DNA from: Candidatus Microgenomatus sp.
GTDB lineage: Bacteria > Patescibacteriota > Microgenomatia > UBA8517
NCBI GenBank assembly: GCA_020724555.1
Contig: DYGT01000001.1
Span: 1 to 53,850 of the forward strand
Length of the DNA: 53,850 bases
Direction: 5' to 3'
The translations under genes and the position numbers were made by a program. Position 1 is the first letter of the stretch; every line of letters begins with the position of its first letter. Under the pieces are notes generated by a model. That model searched no databases. It was not told the DNA's origin and saw only the letters and a program-made list of their open reading frames with translations. Below are positions 20,333 through 28,835 of the stretch, one piece after another.

Positions 20333-21571
20333 ATGAAACGTGGACTGGTAAGTGTAATTCTAGCGATCGCAATTCTGGTCGCTTGGGGCAACCTTTCAGT
20401 TGCCAAAGCACAAGGTAACGAACAACTTGCCACCGAACTCGGTCTTGTAAATGGCGCAGGGCAGATTGTCAATCAGTCTGGTGCCGTCTACTTCGACCCC
20501 CGTGGCAAAACGTTTAGTGTTACCGTTCCCGAAGGCTGCACAGCCTTATGGATCATCGGGTATGATACCGATAAATACGGTGACGACAGATCCCAAGGTT
20601 GGCGCGTAAACTGGGACGGTGGCTCGCTGGTTCTCCATTCAAAAAACAATGAATGGGTCGGGACCTCCGTGAACATAATGGGGCCGAACGAAATTTTGTT
20701 CGATAGCGGCGGCGATTCCCATGGAGCCAACGTTTCCCTGAATTGTTCACCACAGGATCCCTCAAATCCTACGCCGCAACCCACCCCGACTGATGAGCCA
20801 GAGGAACCTATCGTTCCTTCGGAACCAGAGGTCGAACTTCCGGTGAACACCATGTTCTGCCGGATGCCGAATACATTCGGTCTTGAACTGGGAAAATATT
20901 CCATGTTCAATCGTCCTATCGTCGAGGTCAAAGCCGAAGGTGTTGAAGTGACCATCGTCACCAATCAATCTTGGGAAACCGGCCCGTACCGAATCTATGG
21001 CGAAAACGGCCTTGTTGCCGAATTTACCATGGAGGTGGGTCGAGACGCCACGGGCAGCATCACTGGAATCAGCTGCGAACCAGCTTCCAAGCCGGAAGCA
21101 ACTGTTTTTCCCAGCACGTCGTGCTCAGAGGGATGCCCTCCAGCCATGGACGAGCGACCGAACGAGTACGGTCGCTACTGGCATTTTGATGGACTTGAAT
21201 ACATTGAGTCCTTCAAAGAGTTTGCTGTAGTAACCGTAGATGGGTACTATGTGCGCGCCGAAAAGCGTGAAACTCCGTTTGGACCCGTCTGGTATGTGGG
21301 TTCATTGAAACCGGGATTTATGGTCCAAGGCATGCGCCTGTCGGACCTTGCGCACTACCCTGGCCCGTGCAGCGTAAGCGTGGAGCTTACGCAGGTCGCG
21401 GTATATGGCGACCAGTGGCTGATCGAAGTCCTTCCTGGCCAATGGCCCAGCGTTTGGACCGAGTTCGGTCGCAGGGTGGGCTTTACTGAGGAGCTGAGTC
21501 TTCTCATGCTGCCTCAAATGGCACGCCAAGGAAGCATGATCGCTTTCTACCCGGAAAGTTTCAAAAATTAA
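20333..21571 (+). CDS. Secreted orphan protein with P/T linker
   Basis: AAGGAG SD before ATG 20333; signal peptide MKRGLVSVILAIAIL...AKA; GC-richer than flanks. Confidence 0.8.
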   Translation: MKRGLVSVILAIAILVAWGNLSVAKAQGNEQLATELGLVNGAGQIVNQSGAVYFDPRGKTFSVTVPEGCTALWIIGYDTDKYGDDRSQGWRVNWDGGSLVLHSKNNEWVGTSVNIMGPNEILFDSGGDSHGANVSLNCSPQDPSNPTPQPTPTDEPEEPIVPSEPEVELPVNTMFCRMPNTFGLELGKYSMFNRPIVEVKAEGVEVTIVTNQSWETGPYRIYGENGLVAEFTMEVGRDATGSITGISCEPASKPEATVFPSTSCSEGCPPAMDERPNEYGRYWHFDGLEYIESFKEFAVVTVDGYYVRAEKRETPFGPVWYVGSLKPGFMVQGMRLSDLAHYPGPCSVSVELTQVAVYGDQWLIEVLPGQWPSVWTEFGRRVGFTEELSLLMLPQMARQGSMIAFYPESFKN

Positions 21572-21594
21572 CTTTTGCTTACTTATATGAACGG

Positions 21595-21661
21595 CCGCCT
21601 GGGGTTGAGAGTTGTCTTAAATACTTAGTATTTAACTCTCTTCTCTCAGGCGGATTTTTTT
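21595..21661 (+). terminator. Long-hairpin intrinsic terminator
   Basis: CCGCCTG/CAGGCGG and GAGAGTT/AACTCTC stems followed by a T-run. Confidence 0.65.
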
Positions 21662-21785
21662 AATTTATATTTGACCTGACACAACTACTCAAATATCTGG
21701 GCCGTGGGGTATATTATAATTTTTTTATTATTTATCCTCTTCAAAAGCGTTTTTTATGCTTAAAAAATTAACATACTTAAAATAA

Positions 21786-21814
21786 TTGTCATACAAGACT
21801 TATTAAGTTAAAAT
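21786..21814 (+). promoter_or_regulatory. Sigma70 promoter of the tRNA-Ile/GIY-YIG locus
   Basis: TTGTCA-17-TAAAAT. Confidence 0.65.
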
Positions 21815-21836
21815 AATTGCGCACACACGCACACAG

Positions 21837-21890
21837 GGGTGTGTAGCTTAAGTTGGTTAGACCTGCCTGCCGGCAGGCAGGGCGCTGATA
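21837..21890 (+). pseudogene. 5' half-copy of tRNA-Ile with a 20-bp palindrome in the D-arm
   Basis: GGGTGTGTAGCTTAAGTTGGTTAGA[CCTGCCTGCCGGCAGGCAGG]GCGCTG matches the 5' end of the tRNA at 22148. Confidence 0.85.
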
Positions 21891-21895
21891 AATAT

Positions 21896-22157
21896 ATGAA
21901 TTATTTTGTTTATATCCTATATAACAAAATTGACAAAAAGTTTTACACTGGTACAACCAACGATTTATTACGCAGATTGATAGAACATAATAAAATTAGC
22001 GGTAGCACTAACACAACAAAATATAGATCGTCATTCATCTTAGTGCACGCTGAAGAATGTAGTAACCGTAACTTTGCTAGAACAAAGAGGAAAATTTTGG
22101 AAAAGCGGATATGGTAGAGAGCTGCGAAACAAATTTGTTAAAAATACGGGTGTGTAG
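21896..22157 (+). pseudogene. Small GIY-YIG nuclease with a +1 frameshift near the C-terminus
   Basis: FVYIL...FYTG.T..L.RR..EHN; typical tail KFWKSGYGRE is in the +1 frame and stops at TAG 22155-22157 inside the tRNA (unshifted ORF ends at 22117). Confidence 0.8.
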
Positions 22158-22224
22158 CTCAGTTGGTTAGAGCGCTGTCCTGATAAGACAGAGGTCCTTG
22201 GTTCGAATCCAAGCACACCCACCA
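22148..22224 (+). tRNA. tRNA-Ile(GAT) with encoded CCA
   Basis: Full cloverleaf, anticodon arm CTGTC-CTGATAA-GACAG. Confidence 0.98.
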
Positions 22225-22229
22225 ACTCC

Positions 22230-22478
22230 ATGCCTTGGTATACATATATACTCAGAAGTATTAAATCCGGTAAACATTATATAGGCTCAACTAATAACAT
22301 AGAACGTAGGCTACAAGAACACAATAGCGGAAAGACCAAATCAACACGAAATAAAGGACCTTGGGAAATCATTTATACTACAGAGAAATACAAAACCAAA
22401 ATTGATGCAAGAAAACGAGAACTTAAAATAAAATCCTATAAAGGAGGCAAAGCTTTTAAAAAATTAGTTCAGGGTTAG
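22230..22478 (+). CDS. Small GIY-YIG nuclease (intact)
   Basis: YTYIL...HYIGST...RRLQEHNSG...GPW...ARKRE..IKSYKGG. Confidence 0.92.
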   Translation: MPWYTYILRSIKSGKHYIGSTNNIERRLQEHNSGKTKSTRNKGPWEIIYTTEKYKTKIDARKRELKIKSYKGGKAFKKLVQG

Positions 22479-22551
22479 AGCGCCCCGCCGATGGCGGGGA
22501 GGTCCTTGGTTCGACAAAGCACCTGCTTTGCTCATTTTCCAAGCACACCCA
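22465..22551 (+). pseudogene. 3' partial copy of tRNA-Ile with a replaced anticodon arm and a T-loop insertion
   Basis: GGTTAGAGCG[CCCCGCCGATGGCGGGG]AGGTCCTTGGTTCGA[CAAAGCACCTGCTTTGCTCATTT]TCCAAGCACACCCA. Confidence 0.85.
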
Positions 22552-22615
22552 CAAATTAGAACGGTCCGATTAAACCGGAATAGTACGAAGCAAAATACGA
22601 TAGTATAATAGTGTT

Positions 22616-24760
22616 ATGCAAAACGACCACCTTACGACACTATATTTAAAAGTTCCGAGAAACTCCGAAACCACACCAGAATCTGCTCAAACATTTCTGG
22701 CAACGCTAACTCAGATCAATTCTGTAACCAATTGGCAGAGGATCAGGGGTATGCGGCCCGAAGCATTATCCTTAGAAATAGTCTTAATCAACCAGCAAAT
22801 CCATTTTGCCATCACCTGCAGCAGAAGCTTAGCTCCTTTTGTCGAAACACAACTTCGCTCCAACTACCCCCTTGTAATTATTGAGTACGGAGCTGACCCT
22901 ATTGGCGACCGCGAATTGGAAGTCACCACTTTGACAACCAGAAAAGGTAATTACTATCCACTTGCTACTTATTCAAGCTTCCAAGATATAGATCCCCTTT
23001 CTTCGGTTCTGTCTGTTCTATCTAAAGGAGACCCGGATGAATTTGCTATTATCCAATTTGCCTTGGAAAGCACAAGTACCGGCTGGCAAAGCGCAGGTAA
23101 CAAATTTGCCGACACCGGAGGGGGTAAAACTGAAGAAGGAACTTATCTCAAACATCCGGATGAATCCATCATAAAAGAAAAAGTTTCGTACCCAGGTTTT
23201 AAATGTTCTATTAGGCTTGGTGCAAACTCAAAAAAAACCCTAACAGAAATCAAAAGTGCCATGGGAGTTTACACCAGAAGCGATGGTAATTCCCTTTCCA
23301 CCAAAAGTTCTTCTTTTTTTAAACGAGGAAGCTCCAAAGAGTATTTAAAAAAAAGAATGGTGACTGGACGCGATATCTTAAATATCGTGGAGCTGGCTAC
23401 CCTTTGGCATTTGCCAAACGAAAAAATTAAAACTGCAAGTATTGTGTGGGGCACATCTGTTCTTTCAGAGCCCCCTTCTAATCTTCCAATCTCTTTAGAC
23501 TTAAAAGAAGAAGATAAAAAAACGATCAATTTTTTTGCTAAAACTCCTTTTAAAAACCATGAATCTATTTTTGGCATCAAAGATCACGACCGTCGCCGCC
23601 ATATGTGGGTTGTAGGAAAAACCGGAACAGGAAAATCTACTATGATCGCCAATATGGTAATTGACGATCTTAAAAAAAATCGCGGTGTAAGTGTCATAGA
23701 CCCTCATGGAGATCTTTGTGAAACAGTCTTGGATTATATCCCCTCTCATAGAATTAATGACGTAGTGTACTTTAATCCTGCAGATCGTGACTTTCCCATT
23801 ATTATCAATCCTCTGGAAGTCACAAACCGTGAGGAAGCAGAACTTGTGGTTAGCGGCATTATGGCGGTATTCACCAAGGTGTGGGCCAATGTATGGAGCG
23901 CACGCATGGAATACATTCTTCGCAACTCTCTTTTGACATTGGCTCAAATTGACGGCACTACGTTGGCTGATGTTTTAAGGCTTTTAGCAGACAAAGGTTA
24001 CCGTAACAACGTCCTGCAAAAAATTGACGATAGAAACCTAATTGATTTTTGGAAGACGGAATACGACCAAATGCCGGATCGCCTGCAAAAAGAAGCCATT
24101 GCCCCTATCCAAAACAAAGTCGGACAATTTGTTACAAGCCCCATGATCCGCCGTATCATTGGCCATCCCAAAAGCACTATCCAAATAGACGACGTGATGA
24201 ATGAAGGAAAAATAATGCTTTGTAATTTATCTCAAGGAAGGCTAGGTGAGGACAATTCCGCCCTTCTTGGGGCCGTGTTGATCACCAAATTTCAACTCGC
24301 AGCCATGCACAGAGTGGAAACACAGGAAGACACACGCGTAGATCACTATCTATATGTCGACGAGTTTCAAAATTTTGCCACTCCTTCATTCATAAAAATT
24401 TTATCAGAAGCCAGAAAATACAGACTAAGCCTGATGCTTGCCAACCAGTATATGGCACAAATTCCCGAAGAAGTACAAAAAGCAATCCTGGGTAATGCCG
24501 GCACCCTCATTAGCTTTGCTATCGGGGCTGAAGACGCGGCCATTATCCACAAAGAATTTGCCGAGGTGTTTAGTGAAAACGATTTAGTTAACCTCAGTAA
24601 TTTCCAGATTGCCATAAAGCTTATGATTGACGGTCATGCTGCGAGGCCGTTTTTGGCAAACACCTTGCCGCTTCCGGCTTCACGAAACCAAAACCGAGAA
24701 AAAGTGTTAAAGGTCTCACGCGAGCGCTGGAGCTTAAAAAATAACTCAAATTCCGGGTAG
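22616..24760 (+). CDS. VirB4/TrwB-like P-loop ATPase (type IV secretion DNA-binding domain family)
   Basis: GKTGTGKS, IDPHGD, YVDEFQNF, SEARKYRL and ANQY motifs. Confidence 0.88.
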   Translation: MQNDHLTTLYLKVPRNSETTPESAQTFLATLTQINSVTNWQRIRGMRPEALSLEIVLINQQIHFAITCSRSLAPFVETQLRSNYPLVIIEYGADPIGDRELEVTTLTTRKGNYYPLATYSSFQDIDPLSSVLSVLSKGDPDEFAIIQFALESTSTGWQSAGNKFADTGGGKTEEGTYLKHPDESIIKEKVSYPGFKCSIRLGANSKKTLTEIKSAMGVYTRSDGNSLSTKSSSFFKRGSSKEYLKKRMVTGRDILNIVELATLWHLPNEKIKTASIVWGTSVLSEPPSNLPISLDLKEEDKKTINFFAKTPFKNHESIFGIKDHDRRRHMWVVGKTGTGKSTMIANMVIDDLKKNRGVSVIDPHGDLCETVLDYIPSHRINDVVYFNPADRDFPIIINPLEVTNREEAELVVSGIMAVFTKVWANVWSARMEYILRNSLLTLAQIDGTTLADVLRLLADKGYRNNVLQKIDDRNLIDFWKTEYDQMPDRLQKEAIAPIQNKVGQFVTSPMIRRIIGHPKSTIQIDDVMNEGKIMLCNLSQGRLGEDNSALLGAVLITKFQLAAMHRVETQEDTRVDHYLYVDEFQNFATPSFIKILSEARKYRLSLMLANQYMAQIPEEVQKAILGNAGTLISFAIGAEDAAIIHKEFAEVFSENDLVNLSNFQIAIKLMIDGHAARPFLANTLPLPASRNQNREKVLKVSRERWSLKNNSNSG

Positions 24761-25918
24761 TATATCAATTGTGCCAAGCATTGCCTCAAAAATTATTTCA
24801 TTTTCGTCTGACATATTATCAGTAAAAGCAATTTGCATTAATTTACCGTTATACCAAACAGCTACAAAACTATACCATTCTCCATTGAGCTGACCTTTAA
24901 CTACGTGGGCAATTTCACTATCCACGCTCCGCAGGTCTATTTTTGGCTGAATTTTCCAACCGGGTAAGTTTTTAATAGAATTAATTAACTCCGCAGGCGT
25001 CATGTCCCCCTGGTCTCCCACTTCAAAAGTGATATGGGGCACATCTGATTCACCTTTATGAATAAGTAGTTGGCCATCCTGCTCCAAAGCCTGCCAATCG
25101 GAAGGGATTTTTATATCAAACCCCATGCCGGATTCATAATCACGCCAGTCATCTGTTAAATCTTCATCAAAAGAAAGGCTTCCGTAAACACCTTCAAAAA
25201 TTTCATCATAAGAAGCGTCCAAAAGGCTGATTAAATAAAACCTATCTGGACCTTCAAAGCTTAGCTTTTTAATGAATTTGGTTTGGCCTACTTGAGTTAT
25301 TTTTTGTAAAATTGCATCGTAACCTGAAACTGTTATTAATTCCTCTTCAACATCATCTCTAGCGTCTCCTTTCTGGTAGAGATTATTCCCAGACACCTCA
25401 AGTGCAATTACCGCTCCCTTGGGATCTTTGCATAAAGACTGGACGTCGCTTTCTATAGACAGCGCCGGAAATAAATACAAATCAAGCTCGCATTCCACCA
25501 ATGCCATATTTTCAGGATATGCAAATGAATAAGAAAGGTCAGAATTAAAATAAATTTTATTTTTAACAACTACTTTAGGGGTGGGTGCGGGGGTCGCAGG
25601 TATGAGGGTAGGCATAACAATATTTGTAGGAGCCTTAGGAAGACTGGACTTTAGGTACTCGTTTGTAAAATAACCTGCCAAAAAAATCGTAGCCAAAACA
25701 AATAGCGCCGGGATGATAAACATAAATTTACTCATGTGATTCCGTTTTGCTGGCCTGTTATTTTGCAAAACCATTGTTTGAGGTGGAATATTAACACCGG
25801 CAGGCGGTGTTGGTGCGGGAGGAAAATTCGCAGGCTCCACAGGCGGACTTACCGGTTGAGGCGGATTTTCAGGCTGAATTTCAATTGTTTTAAAACTGGG
25901 GCGGCGAGCAGGATCCAT
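24746..25918 (-). CDS. Membrane-anchored protein with Pro-rich N-terminus and two PsbP-like domains
   Basis: ATG 25918, single TM, repeated YSFAYPEN/FDIKIPSDW modules. Confidence 0.7.
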   Translation of the reverse strand: MDPARRPSFKTIEIQPENPPQPVSPPVEPANFPPAPTPPAGVNIPPQTMVLQNNRPAKRNHMSKFMFIIPALFVLATIFLAGYFTNEYLKSSLPKAPTNIVMPTLIPATPAPTPKVVVKNKIYFNSDLSYSFAYPENMALVECELDLYLFPALSIESDVQSLCKDPKGAVIALEVSGNNLYQKGDARDDVEEELITVSGYDAILQKITQVGQTKFIKKLSFEGPDRFYLISLLDASYDEIFEGVYGSLSFDEDLTDDWRDYESGMGFDIKIPSDWQALEQDGQLLIHKGESDVPHITFEVGDQGDMTPAELINSIKNLPGWKIQPKIDLRSVDSEIAHVVKGQLNGEWYSFVAVWYNGKLMQIAFTDNMSDENEIIFEAMLGTIDILPGI

Positions 25919-26006
25919 AACTTTTATTATCATAACAAATGAAACATTGTTTTGCTTTTGTGAAAAGATATATACCAACAATATATATTCATAAATTTTT
26001 GCCCAC

Positions 26007-26031
26007 AAAAAAATCCCGCTTGCGACGGGAT
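26007..26031 (-). terminator. Intrinsic terminator after 16S
   Basis: ATCCCG-TCGCAAG-CGGGAT running into a T-tract. Confidence 0.75.
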
Positions 26032-26235
26032 AATTTTGTTGCTTTTTGAGGAAATTTAACTTTAACCTCCAATATGCGCCTGTAAAACGAATTTGGTTTT
26101 ATCGCAAACCCGTGCGGATCTGGTTTAGTTCGCCCTCAAAAGGGCCAGTCAATCCATGATCTAAAAACTGGGGTGTCATTATTCACTCCTTAGAAAGGAG
26201 GTGATCCATCCGCTCCTTCCAGAACGGATACCTTG

Positions 26236-26838
26236 TTACGACTTAATCCTCATCGCTGGATTCAGCTTCTCCCGCAACCTGCGGGATTCGGCTGCCCCCA
26301 ACTTTGCTGACTTGACGGATTGCGCTTCATCTAGATTATTGCGCGTTCCCGCTCCGGCGTGCGGCTTTCCCGCACCGGGCGAGCCGTAATGCTTGTTCAT
26401 GCTCAATTTAAACTCAGTTATATACTTGAGTTCATCTTTGGTAAGTTTGCGTATATCCTGCCTGCCTTTTACTACCTCAGCTATGCTGCAAAAAGCCTCA
26501 AAACTTTTTGCTTTGTAGCCTAATAGTTTGTGTTTTTGAAAAAACGGAATAATTACATTATAAATATCATCCCTTTTTGTAACTTCAAAAACATAAGCCG
26601 GCAATCGACCATTTTTAGCCGATTTCTTTTGATATACACTACCTATTCCAAAATATTGTTGAATACTTTCCAACAAAGGTTTATTTCCAATTGCTTGCGA
26701 GATAAAAAATCGTAAATCGATTCTGTTATTTTTTCGCAAAACAACTAAAAAACAACCCTCACCTTCAGTTAACCCAACAATGTATTGAGCCAAGAACATT
26801 ACGTATTTCCCTTCATCATTCATATTTTCATAGTACAA
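26236..26838 (-). CDS. LAGLIDADG homing endonuclease of the 16S intron
   Basis: YIVGLTEGEGCF motif, VIIPFF, G.KAKSF; frame reads into the 3' exon. Confidence 0.9.
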   Translation of the reverse strand: MYYENMNDEGKYVMFLAQYIVGLTEGEGCFLVVLRKNNRIDLRFFISQAIGNKPLLESIQQYFGIGSVYQKKSAKNGRLPAYVFEVTKRDDIYNVIIPFFQKHKLLGYKAKSFEAFCSIAEVVKGRQDIRKLTKDELKYITEFKLSMNKHYGSPGAGKPHAGAGTRNNLDEAQSVKSAKLGAAESRRLREKLNPAMRIKS

Positions 26839-27167
26839 ATATTACCCGAAAATATCAATGACTAATATGGAATCTGCTGACTTCCTTGCAAGCAATTATC
26901 TAGTAACTCACAAGGATCTCCCTGGGTCGCAGCAATTTCTGTTCCTGACATGAATGAAAAGCTTAATTTCGCAACTTCCTTCCGACCGCCCAACAGAAGT
27001 CGCTGTGCTTGTTTTTATTCATCCCTGCCATTTGTCTCACGCCCTCCACCCTTTTCAGTTACCTAAAAAGGACTGCGATTATTTTTTTTGACTATTCACC
27101 CCGTTCTACGGGGCAAAATGGGATTTTAACCCACTAGAAATTACTACTGCCAGGCGCGTTGTGCTTG
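26319..27167 (-). mobile_element. Group II-like intron at 16S position ~1402
   Basis: Splits CACCGC|CCGTCA; domain V-like hairpin 26348-26383 (CGC triad, GAAA loop, AC bulge); short DVI; ends in AAT. Confidence 0.85.
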
Positions 27168-28535
27168 GCGGTGTGTACAAGACCTGAGAACGTATTCACC
27201 GCGGCATAGCTGATCCGCGATTACTACCAATTCCACGTTCAAGCCGCCGAGTTGCAGGCGGCTATCCCCACTGAGAGGCCGTTTGATGGGATTAGCTCCG
27301 CGTTTCCGCTTGGCAACCCATTGTCGGCCCCATTGTAGCATGTGTGTAGCCCCGGATATAAGGGCCATGCTGACCTGACGTCGTCCCCACTTCCTACCCG
27401 CATAGCGGGTTAGTCTCCCGAGAATATTTAACTCAGGACAGGGGTTGCGCTCGTTACCCCACTTAAGGGAACACCCCACGGCACGAGCTGACGACGGCCA
27501 TGCAACACCTGTGTAATCCCTGTCAACAAAGTTGACATTCCAACCTATCTCTAGGCGGCATTAAGAATTACATGTCAAACCCGGGTAAGGTTCTTCGGTT
27601 CGTTTCGAATTAAACCACATGCTCCACTGGTTGTGCAGGTCCCCGTCAATTCCTTTGAGTTTTACGCTTGCGCGCGTACTCCCCAGGCGGCTCGCTTCAC
27701 GCGTTAGCTTACGCCCATGATCCCATCCATTACCTGTAACAAACCAGAAATATAAAATTCATACAGAGAATGGATGGGACCAGGGGCTAGCGAGCATCGT
27801 TTACGGCTAGGACTACAGGGGTCTCTAATCCCTTTCGCTACCCTAGCTTTCGTCCCTGAGCGTCAAAGAATCCCTAGCTACCCGCCTTCGCCCTTGGAAT
27901 TCCTACCGATATCAACGGATTTCACCCCTACACCGGTAGTTCTAGTAGCCCCGAGATCTTTCTATCCTGGCAGTATTACATCCCCTCCTGAGGTTAAGCC
28001 CCAGTCTTTGAAATGTAACTTACCAAGACGCCTGCGAACGCTTTACGCCCAATAAATCCGGGCAACGCTTGCACCCTCCGTATTACCGCAGCTGCTGGCA
28101 CGAAGTTAGCGGGTGCTTATTCGCCATAGACTCTCACCTATGGCAAAAGAAGTTTACGACCCGAAGGCCTTCATCCTTCACGCGGTGTCGCGGCGTCAGA
28201 CTTTCGTCCATTGCGCACGATTCCCAGTTGCTGCCACCCGTAGGTGTATGGCCCGTGTCTCAGTGCCATTCTGGGGGGCCACGCTCTCACGCCCCCTAAC
28301 CGTCATTGTCTTGGTAGGCCATTACCCTACCAACTAACTGATGGTACGCAGGCTCCTCTCTCGGCGAATAGTTACATCCTTTCTCCCATCCTTCATCTGG
28401 GAAGACAATGTTACCATTATCTCACCAAAAGAAGGATGGGGCTTATGCGGTATTAACCCCGCTTTCGCGGGGCTATTCCCCACCAAGAGGTAGATTCCTA
28501 CGCGTTACTCAGCCGTTCGCGACTCCCTGTCCATC

Positions 28536-28835
28536 TTATGCTCTATTCAAACTATTACTGATTCTTAATTTCAGCTGTCTATATGAACTAGAAAACTTCT
28601 TCAAATTATTTTCTCTTTTTATGCTATCTTTCTTTGATAAAAAAGCTTCATAATAAACAAGTTTCCAAGGAATACCATATTTAGTAGATTTGTTTAAACC
28701 TTTGTTATGTTCATTAAATCTTTTTTTTAAATCTCTCGTAGAACCAATATAAATTCTTCTTTGGTATTTAGAACTTTTTAAGATATAAACATAATTCATA
28801 TTTATAAAATTATATGGCATTTTTATAAAGCACAT
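28536..28835 (-). CDS. Small GIY-YIG nuclease in the 16S helix-6 loop (likely start 28799)
   Basis: YVYIL...IYIGSTRDLKKRFNEHN...PWKLVYYEAF...RE..LK. Confidence 0.92.
   Translation of the reverse strand: MCFIKMPYNFINMNYVYILKSSKYQRRIYIGSTRDLKKRFNEHNKGLNKSTKYGIPWKLVYYEAFLSKKDSIKRENNLKKFSSSYRQLKLRISNSLNRA

Noticed and set aside
21839..21895. N-terminal extension MCSLSWLDLPAGRQGADKY of GIY-YIG 1
   Set aside because: It is the translated tRNA half-copy and palindrome; the nuclease domain starts at ATG 21896
21837..22551. Intron-containing tRNA, prophage att sites or CRISPR as explanations of the tRNA-Ile repeats
   Set aside because: No group I core or bulge-helix-bulge seen, no integrase nearby, and no regularly spaced identical repeats or cas genes in the window
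22616..24760. VirB4-like ATPase as evidence of a conjugative element
   Set aside because: No relaxase, mating-pair genes or integrase nearby; stand-alone members of this family are common in CPR chromosomes
25919..26008. Upstream extension of ORF 24746-26008
   Set aside because: Runs into the 16S terminator and AT-rich intergenic DNA; ATG 25918 is more plausible
28457..28472. CCCCGC-TTTC-GCGGGG as a member of the palindrome family
   Set aside because: Corresponds to native 16S helix 8 with its GNRA loop
27144..28653. Short ORFs overlapping 16S exons
   Set aside because: Chance frames in rRNA; only the LAGLIDADG and GIY-YIG ORFs carry family motifs
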